Below are positions 49,796 through 58,478 of a stretch of 64,000 bases of DNA, in pieces. The notes under the pieces were generated by a model. The model saw only the letters and a program-made list of their open reading frames with translations, did no database searches and was not told where the DNA came from. A program made the translations under genes and the position numbers. This DNA is from Candidatus Bathyarchaeota archaeon (GTDB lineage: Archaea > Thermoproteota > Bathyarchaeia > 40CM-2-53-6): NCBI GenBank assembly GCA_963726255.1, contig CAVSBL010000002.1:1216001-1280000 (forward strand), in the 5' to 3' direction. How positions within the stretch are numbered: position 1 is the stretch's first letter; the number at the start of each line of letters is the position of its first letter.

Positions 49796-50176
49796 ATGGC
49801 AACAGTAATGCAACCACAGCTTAACTTCACCGAGAAGGCATTGGAAAGAGCGAAAGCCATATTGCAAAAGCCCGAAAACGTTGGGAAAGCCCTGAGGGTT
49901 TTCGTTTTTGGGGGCGGTTGCGCCGGCCTGAATTATGGTATGGCTATGGGGTTCGTGAAACCGGACGATTACGTTCTTGAAAGTGATGGGTACAAGATCG
50001 TTGTTGACCCGAAGAGCATGGACCTGTTGAAGGGAATGCAGGTGGACTATTACGAGAGCATTCAATCATCCGGGTTCAAATTCAACAACCCTAACGCTAT
50101 AGCGAGTTGCGGTTGTGGATTATCATTCAAAACAGCGCAGAAGACCGAAATGGCGCAACCGAAACCGTGCCACTGA
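49796..50176 (+). CDS. HesB/IscA-family Fe-S cluster carrier
   Basis: GGGCAG..Y, GFKFNNPNA..SCGCG.SF. Confidence 0.93.
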   Translation: MATVMQPQLNFTEKALERAKAILQKPENVGKALRVFVFGGGCAGLNYGMAMGFVKPDDYVLESDGYKIVVDPKSMDLLKGMQVDYYESIQSSGFKFNNPNAIASCGCGLSFKTAQKTEMAQPKPCH

Positions 50177-50245
50177 ATAGAGAAAAAAGTCCTAGTTAGC
50201 GTATAACATAGGCTAGACATCTTTTTGCGAGCCGCGTTCAGCCTT

Positions 50246-50476
50246 TCAGGGGCCTTGCGGCGGGGACACTCTCTTGACGGCCAGTTGAATGTCCTGAGAT
50301 TTCACAGTCTTTCTTCCCGCATGGCGAGCCAGACCCGTCGCCTCTGTCCCAACCTTGACAGCATACTCCTCCAGAATCTTACCTAGTTCTTCAACGGCAT
50401 CGTCTCCGACCCTGTCAGCTCCGGCCATTTCGATGAGGCGGCGCACCGCGGCCGTGGAAAGTTCCTCGGGAGGCAT
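50246..50476 (-). CDS. Archaeal histone
   Basis: EL..A.V.RLI..AGA.RV..DA, ARHAGRKTVK..DI.LA. Confidence 0.95.
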   Translation of the reverse strand: MPPEELSTAAVRRLIEMAGADRVGDDAVEELGKILEEYAVKVGTEATGLARHAGRKTVKSQDIQLAVKRVSPPQGP

Positions 50477-50665
50477 GGAAGAAGCACAATTCTACACGTT
50501 TGCGGTTGGGGGCTATTAAACTTCCCCGGTAGGCGTAAGACGGGTTGATAGGTTGACGTTTGGTATTCTTTTGGCTTACATTGGGCGAAGCTAACAATTT
50601 TATTGCAAAAAACGCCTCATTTGAAGATGGGAAATTCACATGACCCGTATGAATTCGGGGGATAG

Positions 50666-51472
50666 TTGGCAGCTGCCTTGAGCTACGTCGACGCCCACCT
50701 GCACCTAGCGGACACCGGCTACGCAGGCCGAACAGAACAAGCCATAGCTGATGCCGACAAGAACCACGTTGAATATCTTCTCTCAAACGCAGTCGATTAT
50801 GAGACGGCAATTAAAACGATAGCCTTGGCGAGGCAACATCCCTCGAAGGTTCTCGCGGCCGTAGGAGTTCATCCGTGGACAGTCACGAACACAACGAATT
50901 ATTATCTCGGAAAATTTGAACAACTCATAGACGAAAATGTTGGTTACGTGAGTGCAATTGGCGAGATAGGGCTCGACGGAAAGTACAGCAAAGATCAGAA
51001 GATCAAGGAACGCCAGTTAGAAGTTTTCAGGTTTTTCCTTAAGCTAGCAGAACGCAAACGGCTCCCAGCCGTAGTCCACTCAAGGCTGGCTGTAGATGAA
51101 GTATTGGGAACCCTTCCTGACTTTCACATCCCCAAAGTCTTGTTGCATTGGTACGATGGACCAGTGAACAAGTTTCGAGTGATCAAGGAAAGAGGTTACC
51201 TGGTATCTATTGGGCCAGCAGCACTCTACTCTCAAGCAATAAGTGAAATTGCGCGCAACGCAGACTTAGGCATGATTCTAAGCGAGACTGACGGCCCTGT
51301 AAAGTATCGCGGACCCTTCGAAGGCCGGCCTACCGAGCCTTCGTTTGTTGTAGACGTGATTCGAAAGGTAGCTGAAATCAAGAATCTTGATACCGAGGCG
51401 GTGCGAGAAGCAGTCTGGCGCAATTTTGAAACCCTCATACCGCACCTGAGCGGGCGTAGGCAGCTCCACTGA
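50666..51472 (+). CDS. TatD-family deoxyribonuclease
   Basis: DAHLH, GVHPW, IGEIGLD, VHSR, LHW, ETDGP. Confidence 0.92.
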   Translation: MAAALSYVDAHLHLADTGYAGRTEQAIADADKNHVEYLLSNAVDYETAIKTIALARQHPSKVLAAVGVHPWTVTNTTNYYLGKFEQLIDENVGYVSAIGEIGLDGKYSKDQKIKERQLEVFRFFLKLAERKRLPAVVHSRLAVDEVLGTLPDFHIPKVLLHWYDGPVNKFRVIKERGYLVSIGPAALYSQAISEIARNADLGMILSETDGPVKYRGPFEGRPTEPSFVVDVIRKVAEIKNLDTEAVREAVWRNFETLIPHLSGRRQLH

Positions 51473-51599
51473 CCTTGTTCGGTCTCCAATTCTTCCTTAA
51501 CTACTCGCGGCTACAGGTAAGACCTGACGTAAACGAATTCACAGGCGTGCCGGAATCCATGTTTGGAGGAACGAGCGGCTAAGCATCGTACACTATGGT

Positions 51600-51770
51600 T
51601 CACTTAAGCGAAGCAATAATTGTAATTCGGTCATTTCCAATGTTGTGAATGCCGCAACATGTACATGGGTGATAGATGGTCCCCCAACATTTCTTATGCT
51701 CCTCACATAGGCATGCAGGACAATCACCACTCCACCCTGGGTCGAGTACCCTTGACTCCGTATCAGGCAA
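51600..51770 (-). CDS. Putative Cys-rich zinc-binding microprotein (56 aa; not in ORF track)
   Basis: MPDTESRVLDPGWSGDCPACLCEEHKKCWGTIYHPCTCCGIHN...; TATA-like CTTAAATA about 25 nt upstream. Confidence 0.55.
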   Translation of the reverse strand: MPDTESRVLDPGWSGDCPACLCEEHKKCWGTIYHPCTCCGIHNIGNDRITIIASLK

Positions 51771-51872
51771 GCCGGCATCACGCCCTATGGCTCTATTTAA
51801 GCACCCAAATATTGGCAGTGTAACCTAAGTTACAATAGAGAGAGGACACAACCCGTCAAGAACTCGCATTAA

Positions 51873-51915
51873 GGTTCTATCTAATTGACGGGGTCTAAAG
51901 AAGGCTGACAGAACC
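51873..51915. mobile_element. 43-bp mini-element made of two IS6-type ends
   Basis: GGTTCTATC...TGACAGAACC flanked by CGCATTAA and CGCATAAT; left end 17/20 identical to the terminus of the large element. Confidence 0.65.
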
Positions 51916-52980
51916 CGCATAATCAAATCAAATCGCAAGCGGGACACGGCCTCTACACGGTCGTTAATGATAATCATCTTCGTGCTTGGCGTTGCAGTTG
52001 CCCCGACCACATCTATCGTGAAGTTAAATGCAAGCATATTTGGGCTGTTGAGTTCAGCCTAAGACTGCGAGAAAAAGTCAAAGAAAATGTTTTGCTCGAA
52101 CCAGTCATAATCAACGCTTGCTTGTTCTGCAAATCAGATTTGATTTTCAAGGATGGCTTACGGCATAACAAGTTTGGTGATATTCAGAAGTGGAATTGCA
52201 GATCATGTGGAAGATACTTCACGGTCAATGTTGGCTTTGAACGAATGAAGCACAATCCACAGGGAATAACCGCCGCAATGCAACTGTACTTTTCGGGCGA
52301 GAGTCTACGGAATACGGCTCGCTCGCTTCGATTGATGGGTGTTGAAGTCAGTTATCAGACTGTCTGGAATTGGATCGCGAAGTACACAGCTTTGATGGAG
52401 AAATACCTAGCCCAAATTACACCAAAAGTTAGCGACACTTGGCGAGCCGATGAGCTATACATGAAGTTTCACGGCGACATGAAATATGTTTTCGCCATGA
52501 TGGACAATCAAACCCGATTCTGGATAGCCCAAGAAGTAGCCGACACCAAAGACACGCATGACGCACGGCACTTATTCCAAATGGCGAAAGAGAAAGCGGG
52601 AAAGAACCCGCAAATCCTCATAGCCGATGGGTTGCGCTCATACCATGATGCGTGGCTGAAAGAGTTTCGGACCAACAAGCTATCGGATAGCACCGTTCAC
52701 ATTCGCCAAATCACTTTGGCGGGTCAGCACAATAACAACAAGATGGAGCGACTTAACGGTGAGATTCGTGACCGTGAGAAGGTTACTCGTAACCTCAAGA
52801 AACCGGATAGCCCCCATCTTAACAGGTTATCAGATTTACCACAACTATGTTCGCCCACACATGGGCTTAGACGGCAAAACCCCAGCAGACGTGGCGGGAA
52901 TCAAGGTTCAGGGAGACAACAAGTGGAGAACACTCATAGAAAATGCAAGCACAAAGCGAATAATCCGCCAAATTCGATAA
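51916..52980 (+). pseudogene. IS6-family SWIM-DDE transposase, 5'-truncated and frameshifted
   Basis: SWIM motif CSCPD...KCKH upstream of the listed start; WRADE, ADGL, NNNKMER; extra C in the run at 52811-52815. Confidence 0.88.
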
Positions 52981-53058
52981 GAAGCCCTTCGAACTCAGAA
53001 GTCAAGAACATAGTGTGACTTGCATCGTGCATTGGCGAGAATCTTCTCGCTTAAGCTC

Positions 53059-53382
53059 TTATTGGGCGTCTGGAGCTGGGGTCAGCCCGAGCGCCTTTCT
53101 GACATCTTTCTCCGCGTCATCTGAACCTATTGTATGCGTACTCCAGGCCAAAAACAAACCAAGCGGTGTCCAGCAAAAGTCTAACTGTCTTTCAGGTTGC
53201 TGGTTTGTCTTTCTGATCCGATCAAGAATCGCATTGATTCTTCTAGTGGCCTCCTCAAGCTCAGAATCATGGAAGTCGGTAAGTCTTTCTGCGCTGGCAA
53301 GCACTGCATCATTACAGCCTGTTCCTGCTCCACAACAGTGCATCACACCCTTCTCGGTCCACCCATGTTTACTTTCTATCAT
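53059..53382 (-). CDS. Hypothetical cargo protein, paralog of 53389-53706
   Basis: Shares ELE.AT..INAILD..R..N..P.R.L.F..TP.G.F..W with its neighbour. Confidence 0.75.
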   Translation of the reverse strand: MIESKHGWTEKGVMHCCGAGTGCNDAVLASAERLTDFHDSELEEATRRINAILDRIRKTNQQPERQLDFCWTPLGLFLAWSTHTIGSDDAEKDVRKALGLTPAPDAQ

Positions 53383-53388
53383 AGCGAT

Positions 53389-53706
53389 TCACTTTATCCC
53401 AAGCGCTTTATAGACCACATCCTCATCGTCATCAAAACTCACAACGTGCCGAGTCCAAACGATAAAGGGACCGTCAGGAGTTCTTATGAACGCAAGCTCG
53501 CGAGTGGGATCATGATTCTTCTGTCGCAACGTATCCAGAATTGCGTTTATCTCTTTGGTGGCTTGCTCAAGTTCAACAGGATGACACTCTGTTAAGTGCT
53601 CTGCGCCAACCAACTCGCAATAAACCTGACCGTTAACATGTGACGTAAAGCAAACTATGCCAGTCCCTTTCGGGTTGCAAGCCCAATCATAAACCGCTGT
53701 TCTCAT
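53389..53706 (-). CDS. Hypothetical cargo protein, paralog of 53059-53382
   Basis: Same conserved core; 6-nt gap between the two genes. Confidence 0.75.
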   Translation of the reverse strand: MRTAVYDWACNPKGTGIVCFTSHVNGQVYCELVGAEHLTECHPVELEQATKEINAILDTLRQKNHDPTRELAFIRTPDGPFIVWTRHVVSFDDDEDVVYKALGIK

Positions 53707-53783
53707 GAGAACTCAGAATAAATATGACTCGACAGGATTTAACACTTTCCAGTGCATAGAGACTAAACACGATTGCCGAGATC

Positions 53784-53852
53784 AACCGACGAATCTTGAC
53801 AACGACAAAAACCAAACCAATCAGGCAGAACCGACGGCAACTTGACAGCACC
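53784..53852. repeat. Right end of the truncated IS6-like element, with two subsites
   Basis: AACCGACGAATCTTGACA (53784-53801) and AACCGACGGCAACTTGACA (53829-53847), terminating in GCACC. Confidence 0.75.
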
Positions 53853-53944
53853 CGCATTAGGGTTCTGTCAAACCCTAGGGAGATAATTGTCATTGTCAAA
53901 AGCGGGAGATGCCTAGGAGGCGAACGTTAACTTCAAAATCTTTC

Positions 53945-54418
53945 TCATGGGAGACTGAGTAGACCTTCGGACAACGCCCACACAATCAATGTTCCAATCC
54001 AGAGAATCGCCAAATAAGAGCAGAGCATGATTCCAAGGATAGTCTTTGACCTTATGCGAAACAAGTGAATCATGCGTTTTCCGATTATTACCGAACCTTT
54101 CTGCCTTAATGTCTGCAAATAATGTTGAGTCTTAAGTCCCATCTTGTTCTTCGTTTCGATCTCAAGCATCCGTTCTCGACAAACATCTCTTATTCCTATG
54201 CTTCTATTTACAAATAGACCCCAGCCGCCTAAGACAATACTCGATAATAGTGCTACCGCGCCCAATCGCGCAAAGCCAATGTGACTACTAAGAACGAAAC
54301 CTGTAGCCGCTAATGAGCCTCCAAACAAGAAGGACCCCCAGCTCCAGTTTTGTGTGTCTAAATGCTCGATTGTATGTTGGCACAGCTCGTATTCTTTAAG
54401 CAAGGGATTGTCTGTCAT
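53945..54418 (-). CDS. Small multi-TM cargo protein
   Basis: LKEY..helix, two TM segments, R..EIE, C-terminal TM. Confidence 0.7.
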   Translation of the reverse strand: MTDNPLLKEYELCQHTIEHLDTQNWSWGSFLFGGSLAATGFVLSSHIGFARLGAVALLSSIVLGGWGLFVNRSIGIRDVCRERMLEIETKNKMGLKTQHYLQTLRQKGSVIIGKRMIHLFRIRSKTILGIMLCSYLAILWIGTLIVWALSEGLLSLP

Positions 54419-54463
54419 ACTGCGTTACCTTTCGTTTGGTGCTAGAAATCCATTTTTGTTATA

Positions 54464-54584
54464 GGTTGCCGTGAAGGCTTCTAGGTGGACCGTTGCAATC
54501 GGCCGACCTCCCCTGTTTCCTAAAGGATAAATCAGGATATTTTCGAGGTTCTGCAACGGGTCTTTAGCTCTGGTCACGGCAACC
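54464..54584. mobile_element. 121-bp MITE-like element nested in the transposon
   Basis: Perfect 11-bp IRs GGTTGCCGTGA / TCACGGCAACC; right flank CGCATTTA. Confidence 0.65.
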
Positions 54585-54856
54585 CGCATTTATTCTTGAA
54601 ACTAGCTATTTTCGGCTTGCGTTCTGGGGATAACGCGTCGTTGTCGTTTGGTATGGGAAGGCGAGGCAAACCGTTTGGTATAGTGGATTTAGTCTAATTC
54701 GGATATGGGGTTTCGAAGTATGCTATGGCAAACTGGACAAGAATACGTGGGGTCATTACGCACAGCCGAACCTATGTGATATACACAACCACAGTCGCTA
54801 CATGCGACAATATTGGAACTCAATTTCCTGTGACCTTATTGCAAAAAATAGGGGGA

Positions 54857-55519
54857 TTAGTCCGTGTCCAATTCAGTGTATGTTTTCTTGTATTCTGGGT
54901 AATCTCTGTGGACGCGCTCACGGATTGTCTTCGGGTCAAGTGGGAAGATACGTTCCTTAATGCGTAAGATAGTTTCTTTGAATGGGTCAGCAACGGCAGA
55001 CAACAACGCAGTTGCGACTTGCATACCCGAAGGCGTTAGCTCAATCAGAACAGACTGATCCTTAGGATTTGACCCCCATGGCTGAAAGCTAGATGAAACC
55101 AAACCCTTAGAGCCCAGTCGGTCTTGGTCGGATTCCAAGTGTTCTGGGACTGGCCCCCGTGGGAATGCCACGAAATTGTCATGTGGAAATACTTCACCTA
55201 ATCCCTTTTTCCCAAGTTCCTTCCAGATATAGAACAATGTCTTGTTCACATGGTATCGTGTGGGTAACGAACCCTCTTTGAATACTCCTGGTTTTACGTA
55301 AAGTGTCAGTAGCGTCGCGATATCCCTCGGCTTAAGGTCGTATTTTTTCGCTAAAGCCTCATATTCCGCTAGAGATACTTGTGCGGGGTAGAGCCTTACT
55401 TTCCCAGTCTTCGCGTTCATGATGGCAGGCACATCCTTTAGATGTATAGGATTTCCTCGCCAATCCAGCGTATCCAGTTCGATTTTAGTGGGCAACCACT
55501 CATTTTCTATTGTATTCAT
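54857..55519 (-). CDS. Putative antitoxin with SocA/Panacea-like winged-helix domain
   Basis: NKTLFY, F.A.PRGPV, GLV, ELT..G, VH.DYPEY; ATGA overlap with the upstream gene. Confidence 0.6.
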   Translation of the reverse strand: MNTIENEWLPTKIELDTLDWRGNPIHLKDVPAIMNAKTGKVRLYPAQVSLAEYEALAKKYDLKPRDIATLLTLYVKPGVFKEGSLPTRYHVNKTLFYIWKELGKKGLGEVFPHDNFVAFPRGPVPEHLESDQDRLGSKGLVSSSFQPWGSNPKDQSVLIELTPSGMQVATALLSAVADPFKETILRIKERIFPLDPKTIRERVHRDYPEYKKTYTELDTD

Positions 55520-55773
55520 TTTCTCATTATCCTTTTTTGTTTCTGCGCTTCTCTCACGCCTATGATGGTAATCTTGCCTCCTTCTCGGTGGCAACTTACG
55601 CCATACCTGTTTCCATCAGGTAGCGTCACCATCTCTTGCCATTTTCCTTTAGCCTTAGGTCGTGACGCATAAGGGTTCTCTGCCATCTTATGCCGGATCT
55701 GCTCAAGTACGGCAGGAGGCAGTTTAGTAAAGACATCTTCGGCAACGATAATGTCTACATAGTTTTCTGTCAT
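55516..55773 (-). CDS. Small basic putative toxin (RelE-like size and layout)
   Basis: 85 aa, translationally coupled to the downstream gene; fold inferred only. Confidence 0.5.
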   Translation of the reverse strand: MTENYVDIIVAEDVFTKLPPAVLEQIRHKMAENPYASRPKAKGKWQEMVTLPDGNRYGVSCHREGGKITIIGVREAQKQKRIMRK

Positions 55774-56034
55774 GTGAGCCTACGCCTTGGTGTGGCGAGG
55801 CGAGGCATCCAATGTGTGTCCCTTTGCCACTGAGGAGGACTTGACTCGATTACATAGGCGTACTAATGGACATGGTTGTTCTAATTTAACTGTTACTCGT
55901 GATAATCGTGATTCGTATGTTCGAATCATAGATAGAGGCTCCGCTTCTTTCCATGAGAGAGCTGTGTGAATGAATATAAAGCACCTTTGATGGGATTTTT
56001 CGCTGGAATTTGACGGAAAGGTAGCCAAACTCGT

Positions 56035-57168
56035 CTATTTCTTGCTTCTACTAGCATTTTGGATTATCGTAAACCATTTGTCTTGTCCATTGATTTGGAT
56101 ACCTGCCTTCTCGGCTGGTGTTTTGCCATCTAACGCTTCGTGTGGGCGTATGTAGTTGTGGTAAATCTGATAGCCTCTTAGGATTGGTGTGTCCGATTTC
56201 TTTAGGCCGCGAAAGACCTTTTCTCTGTCCCTGATTTCTCCATTGAGTCGTTCCATCTTATTGTTGTGATGCGTTCCTGCGAGCGTGATATGTCGAATGT
56301 GCGTTGTGCTAGTCTCTAGCTTGTTCGTTCGGAATTCTTTGAGCCACGCATTATGATATGACCGCAAGCCATCAGTTATGAGAATCTTAGGCTTCTTCTC
56401 TGCGACTTCCTTAGCTATTTGGAATAGGTGTTGTGCATCGTGGCGTTCCTTTGAATCGGCTACTTCTTGAGCTATTAGGAATCGGGTTTGGTCGTCCATG
56501 ATTGCGAACAGATATTTCATGTCGCCCTTGATTTTCACGTATAATTCGTCTGCTCGCCATGTGCCTGAGACTTGGGGCGTGATGTTGTCTAGGTATTTCG
56601 CCATTAGAGCCGTGTATCGCTTAATCCAGTTGTAGATTGTTTGGTGCGATACTTCCACGCCTTGAAGTCGCAGAAACTTCTTGGTGTTCCGTAGGCTCTC
56701 ACCTGTGAAGTAGAGTTGAAGTGCACTCGTAACGATTTGCGGTGTGGCCTTCAATCGCTCGAAACCTAAGTTTCTCACGAAACGCTTTCTACAACCTTTG
56801 CATGTGAACCGTTGAATGTCCCCGTTCTTGTTGTGACGTAAGCCATCTCGCACTAGGGCTTGCGAACCGCAGTAGAGGCATGTGGTTAGGTCGAGTGGTT
56901 TGATTACTACTTGGTTGCTGACTTCGGCTCGTAATGCTTGCGAGAATTCGACAGCCCAAATATGCTTACACTTAACCTCACGATAGATATGGTCGGGGCA
57001 GGAACAACGCCAAACACGCCCACGTCTCACAACGGAATAGAGGCCGTTGCCTGATTGTGAGGATACTTGGTAGGTTCGGTCATCTAGGCGTTTCACTTGG
57101 TTGCCTAGTTTAACGATAGCTTGAGCTTTCATCACGCGACTTTCGCTCAACGGTTGTTCGGTTCGCAT
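56035..57168 (-). CDS. IS6-family DDE transposase with N-terminal SWIM and Zn-ribbon domains
   Basis: CSCPD..CKH, CLYCG..CKGC, HTH (VEVSHQTIYNWI), WRADE / ITDGL / NNKMER triad, YNYIRPH-like tail. Confidence 0.92.
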   Translation of the reverse strand: MRTEQPLSESRVMKAQAIVKLGNQVKRLDDRTYQVSSQSGNGLYSVVRRGRVWRCSCPDHIYREVKCKHIWAVEFSQALRAEVSNQVVIKPLDLTTCLYCGSQALVRDGLRHNKNGDIQRFTCKGCRKRFVRNLGFERLKATPQIVTSALQLYFTGESLRNTKKFLRLQGVEVSHQTIYNWIKRYTALMAKYLDNITPQVSGTWRADELYVKIKGDMKYLFAIMDDQTRFLIAQEVADSKERHDAQHLFQIAKEVAEKKPKILITDGLRSYHNAWLKEFRTNKLETSTTHIRHITLAGTHHNNKMERLNGEIRDREKVFRGLKKSDTPILRGYQIYHNYIRPHEALDGKTPAEKAGIQINGQDKWFTIIQNASRSKK

Positions 57169-57197
57169 CTCAATCCCTACCGCAATATTGCAGCACT

Positions 57198-57401
57198 GTG
57201 AGGATGATGGTGAGAAAGGAGATACTCGGAAGTTCGGAGCGGAAAATCATTGAGGCATACGTTAGTGGAGAACGATTGAAGGGCTATACCGCAGTTCTAT
57301 TTCGAATCCGGCACATCGGATTGAGGGAAATCATTCAGGGTTGCGAACACGACCTAGCACTGTTGAAAAGACTCGCTAAGTTGGAATCAGAACGTACGTG
57401 A
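57198..57401 (+). CDS. Small helical protein divergent from the transposase
   Basis: 67-aa ORF starting about 30 bp from the transposase start. Confidence 0.6.
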   Translation: MRMMVRKEILGSSERKIIEAYVSGERLKGYTAVLFRIRHIGLREIIQGCEHDLALLKRLAKLESERT

Positions 57402-58478
57402 CCCTCGTTTTACCGCGACAAGAGGCAAAAACTCGAATAGCATTGCTATTCCAACAAAGATTAGCGCAGATTCAGTAACATCTGGACTAATCTTGCCGAA
57501 CCAACCGAGAATGCCAATAAGAACCAGAATAAACGCTGTACCAATGATTATTGCCTTATGACGCGTAGGTAGTTTTGCTATTGCTAGAATCTTCGATTCT
57601 GTACAGTCCAAAGCGTTCTCATATGCAACCGCCAAAGCTGGCATTAGTTGCGTTTTCCTTAGCTTTATCTCATCTACCTTGAAGCCCTGAAAACATTGTT
57701 TGATGTTCCGCGCATCAAGTTCATGTATAGCTCGTGCCCTTGTAGTGGGGGCAATTCCGTATTCGGCCAATTCGTAAGATACGATTACCACTTGGGTCAA
57801 TTCTCGTTTTTCTGAATCTGGGCAAACCACAACAAACAAGTGCTGTTCTCCTGCACCAGTACGAAATAGCCAAATGTTGTGGCGTACCTCCTCCTGCTCC
57901 TCGATGCCCAGTGTGTATTGAAAATCGGCATCAATGAACTTGCCAAGCACATTGGTGTACTTCGCATGCACGAGGAATTGTTTGACTAACAAATCATCTT
58001 TAGTACCAAGCAAACCCACTAGACTCCTAGCTATTGGGGAAAGTACGGAATAGGCAACGACAAGTAGCAAGAACATTGTTACAGCTAACAAAATTCCATA
58101 CAGTGAAACAAAAGAATCCCAATTTAGTACAACCAAGAATCCGCGCCTGTAAAGTAGGTCGAGAATTAGTACCGCTATGATTGGAGTTACTAGAACTTGA
58201 ATCTGCGTGGGAGATACGAATCTCTTCGGCTGAAAGGTTAGAGACGCACCTACGGAATATGCGACGACGAAGAGATTGTAGGCCAACAGTAGTATGAGCG
58301 TTGAGGTCAAATCGGCTCGGAATACTTCTGTTACGAACCAGAGTCCGATGGCGCTGCAAGCTGTGGCTCCAAGAATTACTGCTGTAAACTGAGGCAAGAT
58401 TCCCTGTTTCTGCAATCTTGACTGGTATGAAGCCAAGGATTTTCCCGACCTTAGTCCAGCAATTTGCAAACTTAACAT
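57387..58478 (-). CDS. Multi-TM hypothetical cargo protein
   Basis: Four N-terminal TM segments, a soluble domain, two C-terminal TM segments. Confidence 0.7.
   Translation of the reverse strand: MLSLQIAGLRSGKSLASYQSRLQKQGILPQFTAVILGATACSAIGLWFVTEVFRADLTSTLILLLAYNLFVVAYSVGASLTFQPKRFVSPTQIQVLVTPIIAVLILDLLYRRGFLVVLNWDSFVSLYGILLAVTMFLLLVVAYSVLSPIARSLVGLLGTKDDLLVKQFLVHAKYTNVLGKFIDADFQYTLGIEEQEEVRHNIWLFRTGAGEQHLFVVVCPDSEKRELTQVVIVSYELAEYGIAPTTRARAIHELDARNIKQCFQGFKVDEIKLRKTQLMPALAVAYENALDCTESKILAIAKLPTRHKAIIIGTAFILVLIGILGWFGKISPDVTESALIFVGIAMLFEFLPLVAVKRGSRTF

Noticed and set aside
53842-53871. dif/lox-like tyrosine recombinase site (11-8-11 palindrome)
   Set aside because: Better explained as IRR-TSD-IRL: the arms match IS6-type termini, half-sites occur alone, and no recombinase gene is nearby.
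55780-56030. Guide or ncRNA downstream of the transposase
   Set aside because: Only two short hairpins, no match to the target octamer, and no counterpart behind the other transposase.
52092-57168. Composite transposon formed by the two convergent IS6 transposases
   Set aside because: TIR and TSD mapping puts them in separate adjacent elements divided at 53853-53860.
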